DNA of 64,000 nt, from positions 535-64,534 of the forward strand of contig CAZJNU010000007.1 in the NCBI GenBank assembly GCA_964547485.1, read 5' to 3'. Position 1 is the stretch's first letter. The number at the start of each line of letters is the position of its first letter. Positions 54,360 through 64,000 of this stretch are shown here, one piece after another. The translations under genes and the position numbers were made by a program. The notes beneath the pieces are model-generated. The model was not told the origin of the DNA and ran no database searches. It worked only from the letters and a program-made list of their open reading frames with translations. The DNA is from an uncultured Actinomycetes bacterium. GTDB lineage: Bacteria; Actinomycetota; Actinomycetes; S36-B12; UBA10799.

Positions 54360-56251
54360 TCGTCGGCAACCACAGTCGGGACACTGGTGACCATCACCCC
54401 GGGCAGGAACAGCAGTCGCGCCTTGAGTCGCAAGGCACTCTGGTTGTGCAGCATCTGCTGCCACCAATGAACGACGACGTACTCCGGCACATACACGGCG
54501 ACGACGTCGCGGGGGGAATCCCGGCGGAGCTGGTTGATGTAGTCGATGACCGGACGTGTGATATCCCGAAACGGGGAGTCAACCAGGGTCAACGACACCG
54601 GAATGTCACGGGCCTCCCACTCTTGGGCCAGCGCCCTGGCCTCCTCCGGATCTGCCGAAGCGTGCAGCGCGACCAAAGTCGACGGTCGGGTGGCCCGGGC
54701 GTAGGCGACGGCGTGCATCACGGGATAGTTCACCCTGGAGACGAGGACCACCGCGTGGACGCGGCTGGGCAACATCACGCCACGATCCGGTGCGGCAAGG
54801 GCCGCATCCACCCGGCCGTAGTGACGTCGGATAGCGATCATCATCAGGACCAGCACGGGGATCGCGATACAGACCATCCAAGCCCCGTGGGTGAATTTCG
54901 AGAACATCACTATCACCAGCACGAGTAGCGTCATCGAGGCACCAACTGCGTTGGCCACCCGAGACCTGCGCATCTTGGCCAGTCCCTCCGCGCCCGGCTG
55001 TCGCATCAGCCGATTCCAGTGGATGACCATGCCCGCCTGGGACAACGTGAACGAGACAAAGACGCCGATGATGTACAGCTGAATCAACCGGGTGGTACTG
55101 CCGTCGAAGACGTACACCAGCGCCACCGCCACCAGGGTCAGCATGATGATGCCGTTGCTGTAGACCAGGCGGTCCCCGCGGCGCCCCAGTTGCCGGGGCA
55201 GGTAGCCGTCGCGACCGAGGATGGAAGCGAGCACCGGGAAACCATTGAAGGCGGTGTTGGCCGCGAGGATGAGAATGGCAGCGGTGAAGGCCTGCAGCAG
55301 ATAGAAGCCGATCCCGTTGGCGCCGAAGACAGCCATCCCGAGTTGGGCGATGATGGTCGGCTGGATGGCATCCGGGGGCAGTCCCAGTTCCGCCGGGTCC
55401 TCCGCGATCTTCGCGCCCGACGATACGGCCAGCCAGGTCACGCCGGCGAACATGACGATCGCGATCGAACCCATCGTCAACAGCGTCAACGATGCGTTGC
55501 GAGACTTCGGCCTGCGAAAGAACGGCACTCCGTTGCTGACCGCCTCGACACCTGTCAGCGCCGTGCAACCCGAGGCGAAAGCCCGCAAGATCAGGAAGAC
55601 GAGTGCCATCCCGGTCAGGGTCGGCGTTGACACCGGCAAATCCGCCGACTCCGCCCGGACAGGATCCCCGAGCACGGTGCTGACGAACGCCGAGATGAGC
55701 AGAAACGCCACCGCCGCGATGAACCCGTAGGTGGGAATCGCGAACGTCGTGCCGGATTCCTTGACCCCTCGCAGGTTCATCAGGGCGAGTCCGATGATGA
55801 GCACTCCGCTGACCAGCACCAGATGCTCATTGACCACCGGGAAAGCGGAGGCGATGTTGGCGACCCCGGCGGTGACGGAAACGGCCACCGTCAGCACGTA
55901 GTCGACCAGCAGCGCACTGGCCGCAACCAACGCCGGCATCGCGCCGAGATTGTCCTTGCTCACGGCGTAGGCGCCGCCGCCGTTGGGGTACGCATAGACA
56001 GTCTGTCGGTAGGACCACACAACTAGCGCCAACAGCGCAATAACCGCCAGCGCAACCGCGGGGGTAAACAGAAGCGCTGAGGCACCGCCGACGACGAGTA
56101 CCAGCAGGATCTGCTCAGTCGCGTAGGCGACCGACGAGAGCGGGTCACTGCAGAAGACCGGTAGCGCCAACCGCTTCGGCAGCAGCGTCTCCCCCAGCGA
56201 ACCTGTGTTCATCGCACGGCCGAGCAACATGCGCTTGATCGGATTGGCCAT
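54341..56251 (-). CDS. APC-superfamily transporter resembling KimA (YdaO) K+/H+ symporters
   Basis: 636 aa: 12 TM helices plus a ~170-aa cytoplasmic C-terminal domain. The motifs IKRMLLGRA, FCSDPLSSVAYATEQIL, SYRQTVYAYPNGGGAYAVSKDNLG, LLVDYVLTVAVSVTAG, LRAFASGCTALTGVEAVSNGVP, LAANTAFNGFP, RGDRLVYSNGII and MLHNQSALRLKARL match my recollection of B. subtilis KimA. Confidence 0.7.
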   Translation of the reverse strand: MANPIKRMLLGRAMNTGSLGETLLPKRLALPVFCSDPLSSVAYATEQILLVLVVGGASALLFTPAVALAVIALLALVVWSYRQTVYAYPNGGGAYAVSKDNLGAMPALVAASALLVDYVLTVAVSVTAGVANIASAFPVVNEHLVLVSGVLIIGLALMNLRGVKESGTTFAIPTYGFIAAVAFLLISAFVSTVLGDPVRAESADLPVSTPTLTGMALVFLILRAFASGCTALTGVEAVSNGVPFFRRPKSRNASLTLLTMGSIAIVMFAGVTWLAVSSGAKIAEDPAELGLPPDAIQPTIIAQLGMAVFGANGIGFYLLQAFTAAILILAANTAFNGFPVLASILGRDGYLPRQLGRRGDRLVYSNGIIMLTLVAVALVYVFDGSTTRLIQLYIIGVFVSFTLSQAGMVIHWNRLMRQPGAEGLAKMRRSRVANAVGASMTLLVLVIVMFSKFTHGAWMVCIAIPVLVLMMIAIRRHYGRVDAALAAPDRGVMLPSRVHAVVLVSRVNYPVMHAVAYARATRPSTLVALHASADPEEARALAQEWEARDIPVSLTLVDSPFRDITRPVIDYINQLRRDSPRDVVAVYVPEYVVVHWWQQMLHNQSALRLKARLLFLPGVMVTSVPTVVADEWDTRV

Positions 56252-56440
56252 ACAGCCAGCAAATCCTCGCGCAGACGTGCGGGCCAGCGGCGCTAACGCA
56301 GCCTTGACGGATCGGCTGACGTCTTCACGCGTTCTTTACGCGGACCTTGGCAGAGACAGTCAGGTGGAACCATGGAGCCGGGGCCGCCCCTGCACCCACG
56401 CCAGTCGTCCGCGGCACAGCGAACCGAGGCCAACCTGAGC

Positions 56441-58075
56441 TTACTGCTCGGCCTTCTTCGGTGAACCCTTCGTCCTTTTGGTCGCCGTCGTCTTCTTCAC
56501 GCCAGCACTCTTGGCGCCTGCCTTTCTGGCTGGCGCCTTCTTCACGCCTGCCTTCTTTGCGGGCGCCTTTTTCACGCCTGCCTTCTTTGCGGGCGCCTTT
56601 TTCACGCCTGCCTTCTTTGCGGGCGCCTTCTTGGCTGGCGCCTTCCTGGCCGACTTCTTCTTCGCGGGCGGACCCAACGGATCCCACTGGGGTACGTCGA
56701 CTTGGCTGAGTTTCGCGAATCCGTGGCGCATGCACTCCATCAGCAGCGCATGGTCGGTCACGGCCGCATCATCCATCGCGACGCCGATGGTGGCATCCCC
56801 GTGATAGGTCAGCAAAGCCACGAACACTGCCGCGCCGATCGGCGGCGGCAGCGGGATCATCTGCTCCACAGCTGCTCCGGCCAGGAATACCGGCACCGGT
56901 GGACCCGGCACGTTCGACGCGGTCACGTCACTGGCGGTGGCCGCCGCCGAGATGACCTCGAACGGGATGAACCGGCTGATTTCGGCCAACTGGTCGGCGA
57001 ATCCGAGGGCAGGTTCGGCTCGCCAGGCAGTCACCGTCCTGCTGATCTCATCCATCAAGGCGACTGGATCACCCTCGGACGTGTTGACCGTGAAGTGCGC
57101 GATAGTGACAGCGTTCTGGGCGTGGTCGTCGGATTTGCGGAGGCTGATGGGCATGTTCAGATTCAATTCAGCCACCGGAGTGCCCTGCCGCCGGTGGTAC
57201 TCCCCCATCGCTTCGGCAACTGCCGCCAGGTAGGCGTCATTCAGCGAATGGCCAGTGGCTTTGGATGCCCCACGCAGATCAGAGAACTTCAACTGGAAAG
57301 CGCCGTAATGGTAGTTGATACTGCGCGCGGTCATGATCGGTGACAGTCGCACGGTCGGGGGCCGGGCGAACCGCACCAGCGAACCGGCCACCTCAGAGAG
57401 TTGCGCGATCGCATCGCTGGGATCCTGCAGGAACCGCATCGCTGCCGGCACGGCCAGGCCGGCCACACCTTTAGCCGTCTTGACCACCCAGTCGACATTG
57501 TCCCGAATCATCAGTTCCGCGAACGACAACGAAGAAATCGACTCCCCCCGCGGCGCCCGCGGCATGGGGCCGAGCTCGACACCCTCCGGCGAGAGGTCGA
57601 CCAAAGCAGCGCCGAGCTGCAACGCACCCTGGCCATCAGCCACCGCGTGATGAAGTTTGGTGATGACGGCAGACTTACCGCCGGGCAAGCCCTCCAGCAC
57701 GGTCACCTTCCACAGCGGACGGTCCCGGTCGAAGTCGGTCATGCTCTGCCGGCGGCACTCGTCCAGCACATCTGTGAAGTCCGAACCTTCCGCCATCCGG
57801 AACCGCCGCAGGTGAAACGAGAGGTCGAAGTCGGGGTCGACCACCAGCCTCGGGTTTGCAATCCGGACAGGGCCCTCGACGACCTTCTGCCGCAAGATGG
57901 GGACGACTCGGCTAGCCCGCTCATAGCGGTCGACCAACCGCTGCCAATCCGGTTCCCCGTCAAGGATCAGCAGGCCGATCATGGTCGAACGCATGATCGG
58001 GTCCTCGCTGGCCGCTCGCCAGGTTGCGAAGTCCCAGCCCGAGAGCCGTATTGGGTCGAGCCGTTCCTGAGTCAT
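56441..58075 (-). CDS. wax ester synthase/diacylglycerol acyltransferase (WS/DGAT) with lysine-rich AKKA-repeat C-terminal tail
   Basis: 544 aa with the catalytic motif HHAVADGQG (HHxxxDG) and DRPLW upstream. The last ~75 aa are KKKSARKAPAKKAPAKKAGVKKAPAKKAGVKKAPAKKAGVKKAPARKAGAKSAGVKK... Confidence 0.85.
   Translation of the reverse strand: MTQERLDPIRLSGWDFATWRAASEDPIMRSTMIGLLILDGEPDWQRLVDRYERASRVVPILRQKVVEGPVRIANPRLVVDPDFDLSFHLRRFRMAEGSDFTDVLDECRRQSMTDFDRDRPLWKVTVLEGLPGGKSAVITKLHHAVADGQGALQLGAALVDLSPEGVELGPMPRAPRGESISSLSFAELMIRDNVDWVVKTAKGVAGLAVPAAMRFLQDPSDAIAQLSEVAGSLVRFARPPTVRLSPIMTARSINYHYGAFQLKFSDLRGASKATGHSLNDAYLAAVAEAMGEYHRRQGTPVAELNLNMPISLRKSDDHAQNAVTIAHFTVNTSEGDPVALMDEISRTVTAWRAEPALGFADQLAEISRFIPFEVISAAATASDVTASNVPGPPVPVFLAGAAVEQMIPLPPPIGAAVFVALLTYHGDATIGVAMDDAAVTDHALLMECMRHGFAKLSQVDVPQWDPLGPPAKKKSARKAPAKKAPAKKAGVKKAPAKKAGVKKAPAKKAGVKKAPARKAGAKSAGVKKTTATKRTKGSPKKAEQ
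56541..56630. repeat. 3 x 30-bp near-perfect tandem repeat inside the WS/DGAT 3' end (degenerate copies flank it, ~56511-56660)
   Basis: The unit ttcacgcctgccttctttgcgggcgccttt occurs at 56541, 56571 and 56601 (last base c in copy 3). On the minus strand it encodes (KKAPAKKAGV)x3. Confidence 0.9.
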
Positions 58076-58199
58076 GCGGCAGCCTCTCCTCTAGCGTCGG
58101 GGCGTCGACACCACCGCCCACGTTCTTCTCCGCCGCCGATTCTGCCCCATTCGAGCGGCGCAACGTCCGCTGGGCAGATCCCTGCTGGTGGGCAACCGG

Positions 58200-59887
<1,688 letters not shown>

Positions 59888-59945
59888 GACAGTCCTCCAT
59901 CGGGGCAGGCGGGGTTGAGGTTCCGCCGTAGGGTTTCGGACGGGA

Positions 59946-59983
59946 GTGACACTGCTGTTTCCGTCATGTTTCGAGCATGTGAA
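59946..59983 (-). promoter_or_regulatory. GlnR-type box: four 5-nt elements at 11-nt spacing upstream of amtB-glnK
   Basis: The minus strand reads TTCAC-n6-GAAAC-n6-GAAAC-n6-GTCAC. The plus strand reads GTGAC actgct GTTTC cgtcat GTTTC gagcat GTGAA. The box lies 59-96 nt upstream of the proposed amt start. It fits the actinobacterial GlnR pattern gTnAc-n6-GaAAc. Confidence 0.5.
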
Positions 59984-60002
59984 CGACGCTAGGCTGCCGG
60001 GC

Positions 60003-61607
60003 ATGCCCGATCTGCTGCTCACTGGTGCCCGGGTAGTTCGCCGCTGGGACCGGCCAGCCGAACAACTCGACCTTCTGATTGGCGGCGGTCGGCTGCTGGG
60101 TGTGGCGACGCCAGGCACGCGGGCAACGAGCACTGCGTCCGCTCAGGTGGTCGACCTGGACGGAGCTGTGATCGGGCCCGGATTCGCCGATGGCCACGTG
60201 CACCCGGTGTGGGCAGGTCTGGAGCAACGTGGGGCTGCGGTCCGTGCGGCGGTCGACATTGCCGGCGTGCAGGCCGCCGTTTTCGACTTTGCCGCTCGAA
60301 ACCCACAGCTCAGCTGGATCGAAGGCGGCTCCTATGACCCGGCCCTGGCAGCGGATGGACTTTTCGACGCCCGCTGGCTCGACCAGGCGTGCTCCGATCG
60401 TCCGGTGGTGCTGACCTCCAGCGATCACCACTGTCTGTGGGTCAACTCCCGCGCCCTCGAATTGGCCGGGATCCAGCCGGGGACGAAGGTTCCGAGTGGC
60501 GCGGAGATTCCGTTGACGGTCGACGGTCGGGTGCTCGGCACCCTCCGAGAGTGGGGCGCCATGTCGCTGGTCACGCGGTTGGTCCCGAAACCGACCGGGG
60601 CCGACCGCAGCTCGGCACTGGAGTGGGCCACATCGGAATTGGCCGCCTCCGGCGTGACCTGGCTGCTCGACGCCGCCGCCGGACCAGCAGATGCGGATGC
60701 CTACCTCCAAGCCGCGGCCGCGGGCAGGCTCAAGGTTCGCGCCGGGCTGGCCTTACGGGCTGACCCCGATCGGTTCGATCTCGAGGTTCTCTCGGAGCAG
60801 GCGACCGCCATCGCCGTTGACTCACCGCGGGACGCGGCCGGCGACCCCTGGGTTCGCGCCGGCACCGTGAAGTTCTTCGCCGATGGTGTGCTGGAGGCCG
60901 GGACGGCCGCCATGCTCGAGCCGTACCTCGATCAGTCCGACAACTGCGGTCAACCGGTGTGGGCCGCCAGCGAACTCCAGGCGGCCGTCGCCGCGGTGGA
61001 GGGTGTGGGCTTGGACGTCCACATCCATGCCATCGGCGACGCCGGTATCCGCACCGCCCTAGCTGCGATCGCCGCGTCCCCGGGCCGCCGCGATCCACAC
61101 CGGCGCCCCACCATCGCGCATGTGCAGGTGCTGCACCCCAAAGATTTGGGCCGGTTCGCCGAACTCGGCGTGACCGCCAATATCGAGCCGTTGTGGGCCT
61201 GCTGGGATGCCTGTCAACGCGACCTCACCGCACCGAGGCTCGGGCCCGAGCGGACCGGCCGGCAATATCCGATCCGGAGCCTGTTGGACGTCGGCGCACA
61301 GGTCAGTTTCGGCACCGACTGGCCGGTCTCGGACTTCCACCCGCTCGCCTGTGCCGCGACAGCCGTCACTCGGGCCGAGCCGGGTGGCGACCCGTTGGTT
61401 GCCGAGCAGCGGATCACTCCAGCCGAGGCCCTGCTGGCCGCCACCCTCGGGGTGGCCCGACAGGTCGGGGATTCGGACTGGGGTCAGCTGGCACCCGGCA
61501 CCCGGGCGGACCTGGTGGTGTTGTCGGCGGATCCGCGCGAAACCGCACCGGAGCGCTGGTCGCAGATCGAAGTCCTGACCCGATTCCTCGCGGGCGACGG
61601 CGAGTAG
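60003..61607 (+). CDS. amidohydrolase family protein (Amidohydro_3 / YtcJ-like metal-dependent hydrolase)
   Basis: ATG at 60003 gives MPDLLLTGARVV.... The motifs GFADGHVHPVWAG (HxH) and HIHAIGDAG are present, and a later AHVQ. The track start at 59946 lies inside the GlnR-type box. Confidence 0.8.
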   Translation: MPDLLLTGARVVRRWDRPAEQLDLLIGGGRLLGVATPGTRATSTASAQVVDLDGAVIGPGFADGHVHPVWAGLEQRGAAVRAAVDIAGVQAAVFDFAARNPQLSWIEGGSYDPALAADGLFDARWLDQACSDRPVVLTSSDHHCLWVNSRALELAGIQPGTKVPSGAEIPLTVDGRVLGTLREWGAMSLVTRLVPKPTGADRSSALEWATSELAASGVTWLLDAAAGPADADAYLQAAAAGRLKVRAGLALRADPDRFDLEVLSEQATAIAVDSPRDAAGDPWVRAGTVKFFADGVLEAGTAAMLEPYLDQSDNCGQPVWAASELQAAVAAVEGVGLDVHIHAIGDAGIRTALAAIAASPGRRDPHRRPTIAHVQVLHPKDLGRFAELGVTANIEPLWACWDACQRDLTAPRLGPERTGRQYPIRSLLDVGAQVSFGTDWPVSDFHPLACAATAVTRAEPGGDPLVAEQRITPAEALLAATLGVARQVGDSDWGQLAPGTRADLVVLSADPRETAPERWSQIEVLTRFLAGDGE

Positions 61608-61616
61608 CCCCCGCAC

Positions 61617-62633
61617 TCAGACTCTGTCGTCGTGGCCGGTCTCCGCCTGCGGATCGCGCGACATCAAGTTGCCGATCATCTCCCGCGGATTCATCCCTTC
61701 ATGAACCACCTTGACGACTTCGGCAGTAATCGGCATCTCCACCCCGTTGCGAGTGGCCAGGTCGAGGATCGACTGGCAACTCTTGACTCCCTCGCACGTC
61801 TGATTCGTCCGCTCGATCGTCTGCTGCACCGTCAGCCCCTTGCCGAGGTTCTCGCCGAAGGTTCGGTTGCGCGATAGCGACGAGGAACACGTGGCGATCA
61901 AATCGCCGATTCCCGCCAGCCCCTGGAAGGTCATCGGGTTCGCACCCAACGCCACACCCAACCGGGTCATCTCAGCGAGCCCACGAGTGATCAGGCTGGC
62001 TTGGGCGTTCTCGCCCAGACCCAATCCGACGGCCATCCCATTGGCCAACGCGATCACGTTCTTCACCGACCCGCCAATCTCGGCGCCGACCACATCGGTG
62101 GTGTAGTACGGCCGGAAGTAGTTGGTGGTGGCGGCTTCGGCCAGTCGCAGCGCGGACGCCTCGCTGCTGCACGCGACGGTGGTGGCGGCCGGCTGCCGTT
62201 GGGCGATCTCCCGAGCCAGGTTAGGTCCGGAGATGATCGCCACCCGCGAATCCGGGACGCCGGCGACATCTGCGATCACCTGCGACATCCGCATCACGGT
62301 TCCGATTTCGATGCCCTTCATCAGGCTGACAATGACCGCGTCCGGATCCAGGAACCCCTTCCAGTTCGACAGGTTCTCGCGCAGTGTCTGGGAGGGGATT
62401 GCCAACACCACGATTTTGGCGCCGGCGAGCACCTCGGCCGGGTCCAGGCTGGACCACATATTGACTGGCAGTTCGAGTCCGGGGTGATAGCGCTCGTTGA
62501 CGTGGCCGTGGTTGATGGAATCAACCACGTCCTGCTCCCGTGCCCACATCCCGACGTCGCCGCCGGCATCGGCCATCACCATTCCCAGGGCGGTGCCCCA
62601 GGAGCCGCTTCCCATAATCGCGATCTTGCTCAC
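61617..62633 (-). CDS. gpsA: NAD(P)H-dependent glycerol-3-phosphate dehydrogenase
   Basis: GTG at 62633 lies 7 nt after AGGAGGA and gives VSKIAIMGSGSWGTALG.... The motifs GPNLAREIA and GSVKNVIALA are present. The track extension to 62972 is rejected. Confidence 0.9.
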   Translation of the reverse strand: MSKIAIMGSGSWGTALGMVMADAGGDVGMWAREQDVVDSINHGHVNERYHPGLELPVNMWSSLDPAEVLAGAKIVVLAIPSQTLRENLSNWKGFLDPDAVIVSLMKGIEIGTVMRMSQVIADVAGVPDSRVAIISGPNLAREIAQRQPAATTVACSSEASALRLAEAATTNYFRPYYTTDVVGAEIGGSVKNVIALANGMAVGLGLGENAQASLITRGLAEMTRLGVALGANPMTFQGLAGIGDLIATCSSSLSRNRTFGENLGKGLTVQQTIERTNQTCEGVKSCQSILDLATRNGVEMPITAEVVKVVHEGMNPREMIGNLMSRDPQAETGHDDRV

Positions 62634-63391
62634 GTCAAATCCTCCTGCTTGTTGGCTGCTTTCCAGGTCTTGAAATCGATCCGCTCGGCCGGTGCCGACT
62701 CGCCACGCAATTCCGCCAGCAACACCGTGATGTCCGTGATGATCCGCTCGGTCGCCTCGGCCAGTACCTCTGCGGTGATCGGTAACGCTCGCAGGTCGTC
62801 GAGATCCGTCGGCTCGCCGATGCTCACGTGCATCGTCTTCCGTGGCAGGATCCGGAACTCCTTGACGTACGGGCCCATCACCTGTTGCGGTCCCCACATG
62901 GCGAGCGGGATCACCGGGGCACCCGACATCAACGCGATCCTGGCGGCGCCGGTTCTGCCGACCATCGGCCACAACTGCGGATCACGAGTGATCGTTCCCT
63001 CCGGATACATCACCACCGTTTCGCCGTCCCGAATTGCGGCCACCGCAGCGGACACCGCCCGGGCCGCGTCGTTCGTGTGACGCAACACTGGTATCTGGCC
63101 GGTGCCGCGCAACACGAATCCCAGCCCGCGGGTCTTGAACAGGGTGTGCTTGGCCATCACACGCGGATTGCGCCCGTTGTCCCACAGCACATGCACCAGC
63201 GCCATCGGATCGAACCAGCTCAAGTGGTTGGCTGCCACCACGATGCCGTCGTCGGGTGGATAGTCCCGTCGCAGCACCTCCGTACCGCGCCAATCGCGCC
63301 GAGTCAGACTCATCAAGGTCGGCCACAGCGTGGCGACGGCACCCCAGTAAACCGGCGATAACGGGCGAGTGCCATGTCGTTTCAACGCCAT
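62630..63391 (-). CDS. plsC: 1-acyl-sn-glycerol-3-phosphate acyltransferase (lysophospholipid acyltransferase family)
   Basis: ATG at 63391 follows GAGGAGAGGG and gives MALKRHG.... The motifs VVAANHLSWFDP (HxxxxD) and YPEGTITRD (EGT) are present. The stop overlaps the gpsA start (GTGA). Confidence 0.8.
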   Translation of the reverse strand: MALKRHGTRPLSPVYWGAVATLWPTLMSLTRRDWRGTEVLRRDYPPDDGIVVAANHLSWFDPMALVHVLWDNGRNPRVMAKHTLFKTRGLGFVLRGTGQIPVLRHTNDAARAVSAAVAAIRDGETVVMYPEGTITRDPQLWPMVGRTGAARIALMSGAPVIPLAMWGPQQVMGPYVKEFRILPRKTMHVSIGEPTDLDDLRALPITAEVLAEATERIITDITVLLAELRGESAPAERIDFKTWKAANKQEDLT

Positions 63392-63477
63392 CCACCCTCT
63401 CCTCGACTGCGGGCCATCATTGCCGCTCCACCTCCCCGTGTCCTGCCGGTCCCCCGCCCGATGGCAGACTCGCGCAG

Positions 63478-64000
63478 ATGACACACCACGGCGGCAGTGG
63501 CCTGCGACCGGTGGCCAACCCACCAACATCGTGGTGTGCAATCCTGCCCGTTCGAAGCTTCTCCGGCGCGAAGTCACGCCTCGGCGCGGAATTGCCTGAC
63601 CCACCGAACCTACGCGCGGAACTGGCTCGCGCCTTCGCGCTGGATGTCCTTGCCGCCGTCGCGACCTGTCCCAGCGTCGAGTGCATTCTGATCGTCGGCG
63701 ACGGGGGCCCCGAGTTACTGTCGCTCAGGATCGACGCGGCGGGCGAGCCGGCGGCCGAGCAGGTGTCGGCTATCTCTGCACCGGCCGGACTCAACTTGGC
63801 GGTTGAGTACGGCGAGGCTTGGGCTCGAGCACGTGACCACCTTCGGATAGCCGTCATCGCGGCCGACCTTCCCTGTTTGACCGCCGACGACGTGCGGACG
63901 GTACTGGCCGGGGCGGCTCTCATTCCCCGTGGCTTCGTGATCGACGAGGGGCGGTCAGGAACGACCATGTTGACAACGACTGGTCCGAGCCTGCTCCCCA
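63478..64000 (+). CDS. cofC: 2-phospho-L-lactate/phosphoenolpyruvate guanylyltransferase CofC/FbiD (5' part; continues past the window end)
   Basis: Own translation; absent from the track because no stop lies in the window. It reads MTHHGGSGLRPVANPPTSWCAILPVRSFSGAKSRLG...RAELARAFALDVLAAV...IAVIAADLPCLTADDV...GFVIDEGRSGTTML. The W-x-I-P-V...KSRL and ADLP motifs fit CofC. Adjacency to gpsA matches Rv2982c/Rv2983. Confidence 0.7.
   Translation, partial: MTHHGGSGLRPVANPPTSWCAILPVRSFSGAKSRLGAELPDPPNLRAELARAFALDVLAAVATCPSVECILIVGDGGPELLSLRIDAAGEPAAEQVSAISAPAGLNLAVEYGEAWARARDHLRIAVIAADLPCLTADDVRTVLAGAALIPRGFVIDEGRSGTTMLTTTGPSLLP

Noticed and set aside
56478-56804. 108-aa plus-strand ORF with FFTPAFFAGA repeats
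   Set aside because: It is the antisense translation of the lysine-rich repeat tail of the WS/DGAT gene, so the repeats are explained by that gene.
59888-60133. 82-codon N-terminal extension of the ammonium transporter ORF; likewise the extensions of gpsA (62634-62972) and plsC (63392-63604)
   Set aside because: The extensions lack signal or TM character and run across divergent promoters or upstream genes. The downstream starts have good Shine-Dalgarno sequences and reproduce the canonical family N-termini.
63417-63968. 183-aa minus-strand ORF at the window end
   Set aside because: It is antisense to a plus-strand frame that reads as CofC/FbiD (WCAILPV...KSRL...ADLP). It has no motifs of its own.

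Overview
High-GC Actinomycetota chromosomal segment with about 58 protein genes. All calls come from reading the sequence and the ORF track by eye; no searches were run. I recognised no rRNA, tRNA, CRISPR array, IS element or integrase. (1) Positions 1-32127 form one large cell-envelope glycan locus. It holds two tandem Emb-like arabinosyltransferase paralogues, an AftD-like 1406-aa protein and three further polytopic GT-C-like membrane proteins. It also holds two GT2 fusion proteins (GT2+PaaK/CapK-like adenylating domain; methyltransferase+GT2), a GT4, an AsnB-type amidotransferase, several SAM methyltransferases, an SDR epimerase, an acyltransferase_3, a Wzx-like flippase, a DUF3068 protein and a tiny DUF2613-like protein. 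rpsA sits in the middle of this locus. It is my best candidate for an undescribed system: an arabinan-like wall polymer with an unusual amide/methyl tailoring set. (2) Positions 32166-46405 are conserved actinobacterial housekeeping genes: MarR/YceI, then gcvP, MerR, DUF151 nuclease, MerR, garA-like FHA and gcvH, then a ManC-phosphomutase-like fusion, pgsA, nagA, a SIS protein and a PEBP protein. (3) Positions 46427-49610 carry a CPA1 Na+/H+ antiporter and a POT peptide transporter. (4) Positions 49611-52233 are a visibly more A/T-rich islet with an XRE+nucleotidyltransferase pair and an MBL hydrolase+MarR pair. (5) Positions 52234-56251 are a translationally coupled operon of a KimA-like K+ transporter, an N-terminally truncated KdpD-like kinase and KdpE, with no kdpFABC in the window. 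(6) Positions 56441-58075 encode a WS/DGAT acyltransferase with a lysine-rich AKKA-repeat tail. (7) Positions 58200-59983 hold amt-glnK with a four-element GlnR-type box upstream. (8) Positions 60003-64000 hold an amidohydrolase, gpsA, plsC and the start of cofC/fbiD. Many long ORFs in the track are antisense or out-of-frame artefacts of the high GC content, and several real genes are N-terminally over-extended in the track.
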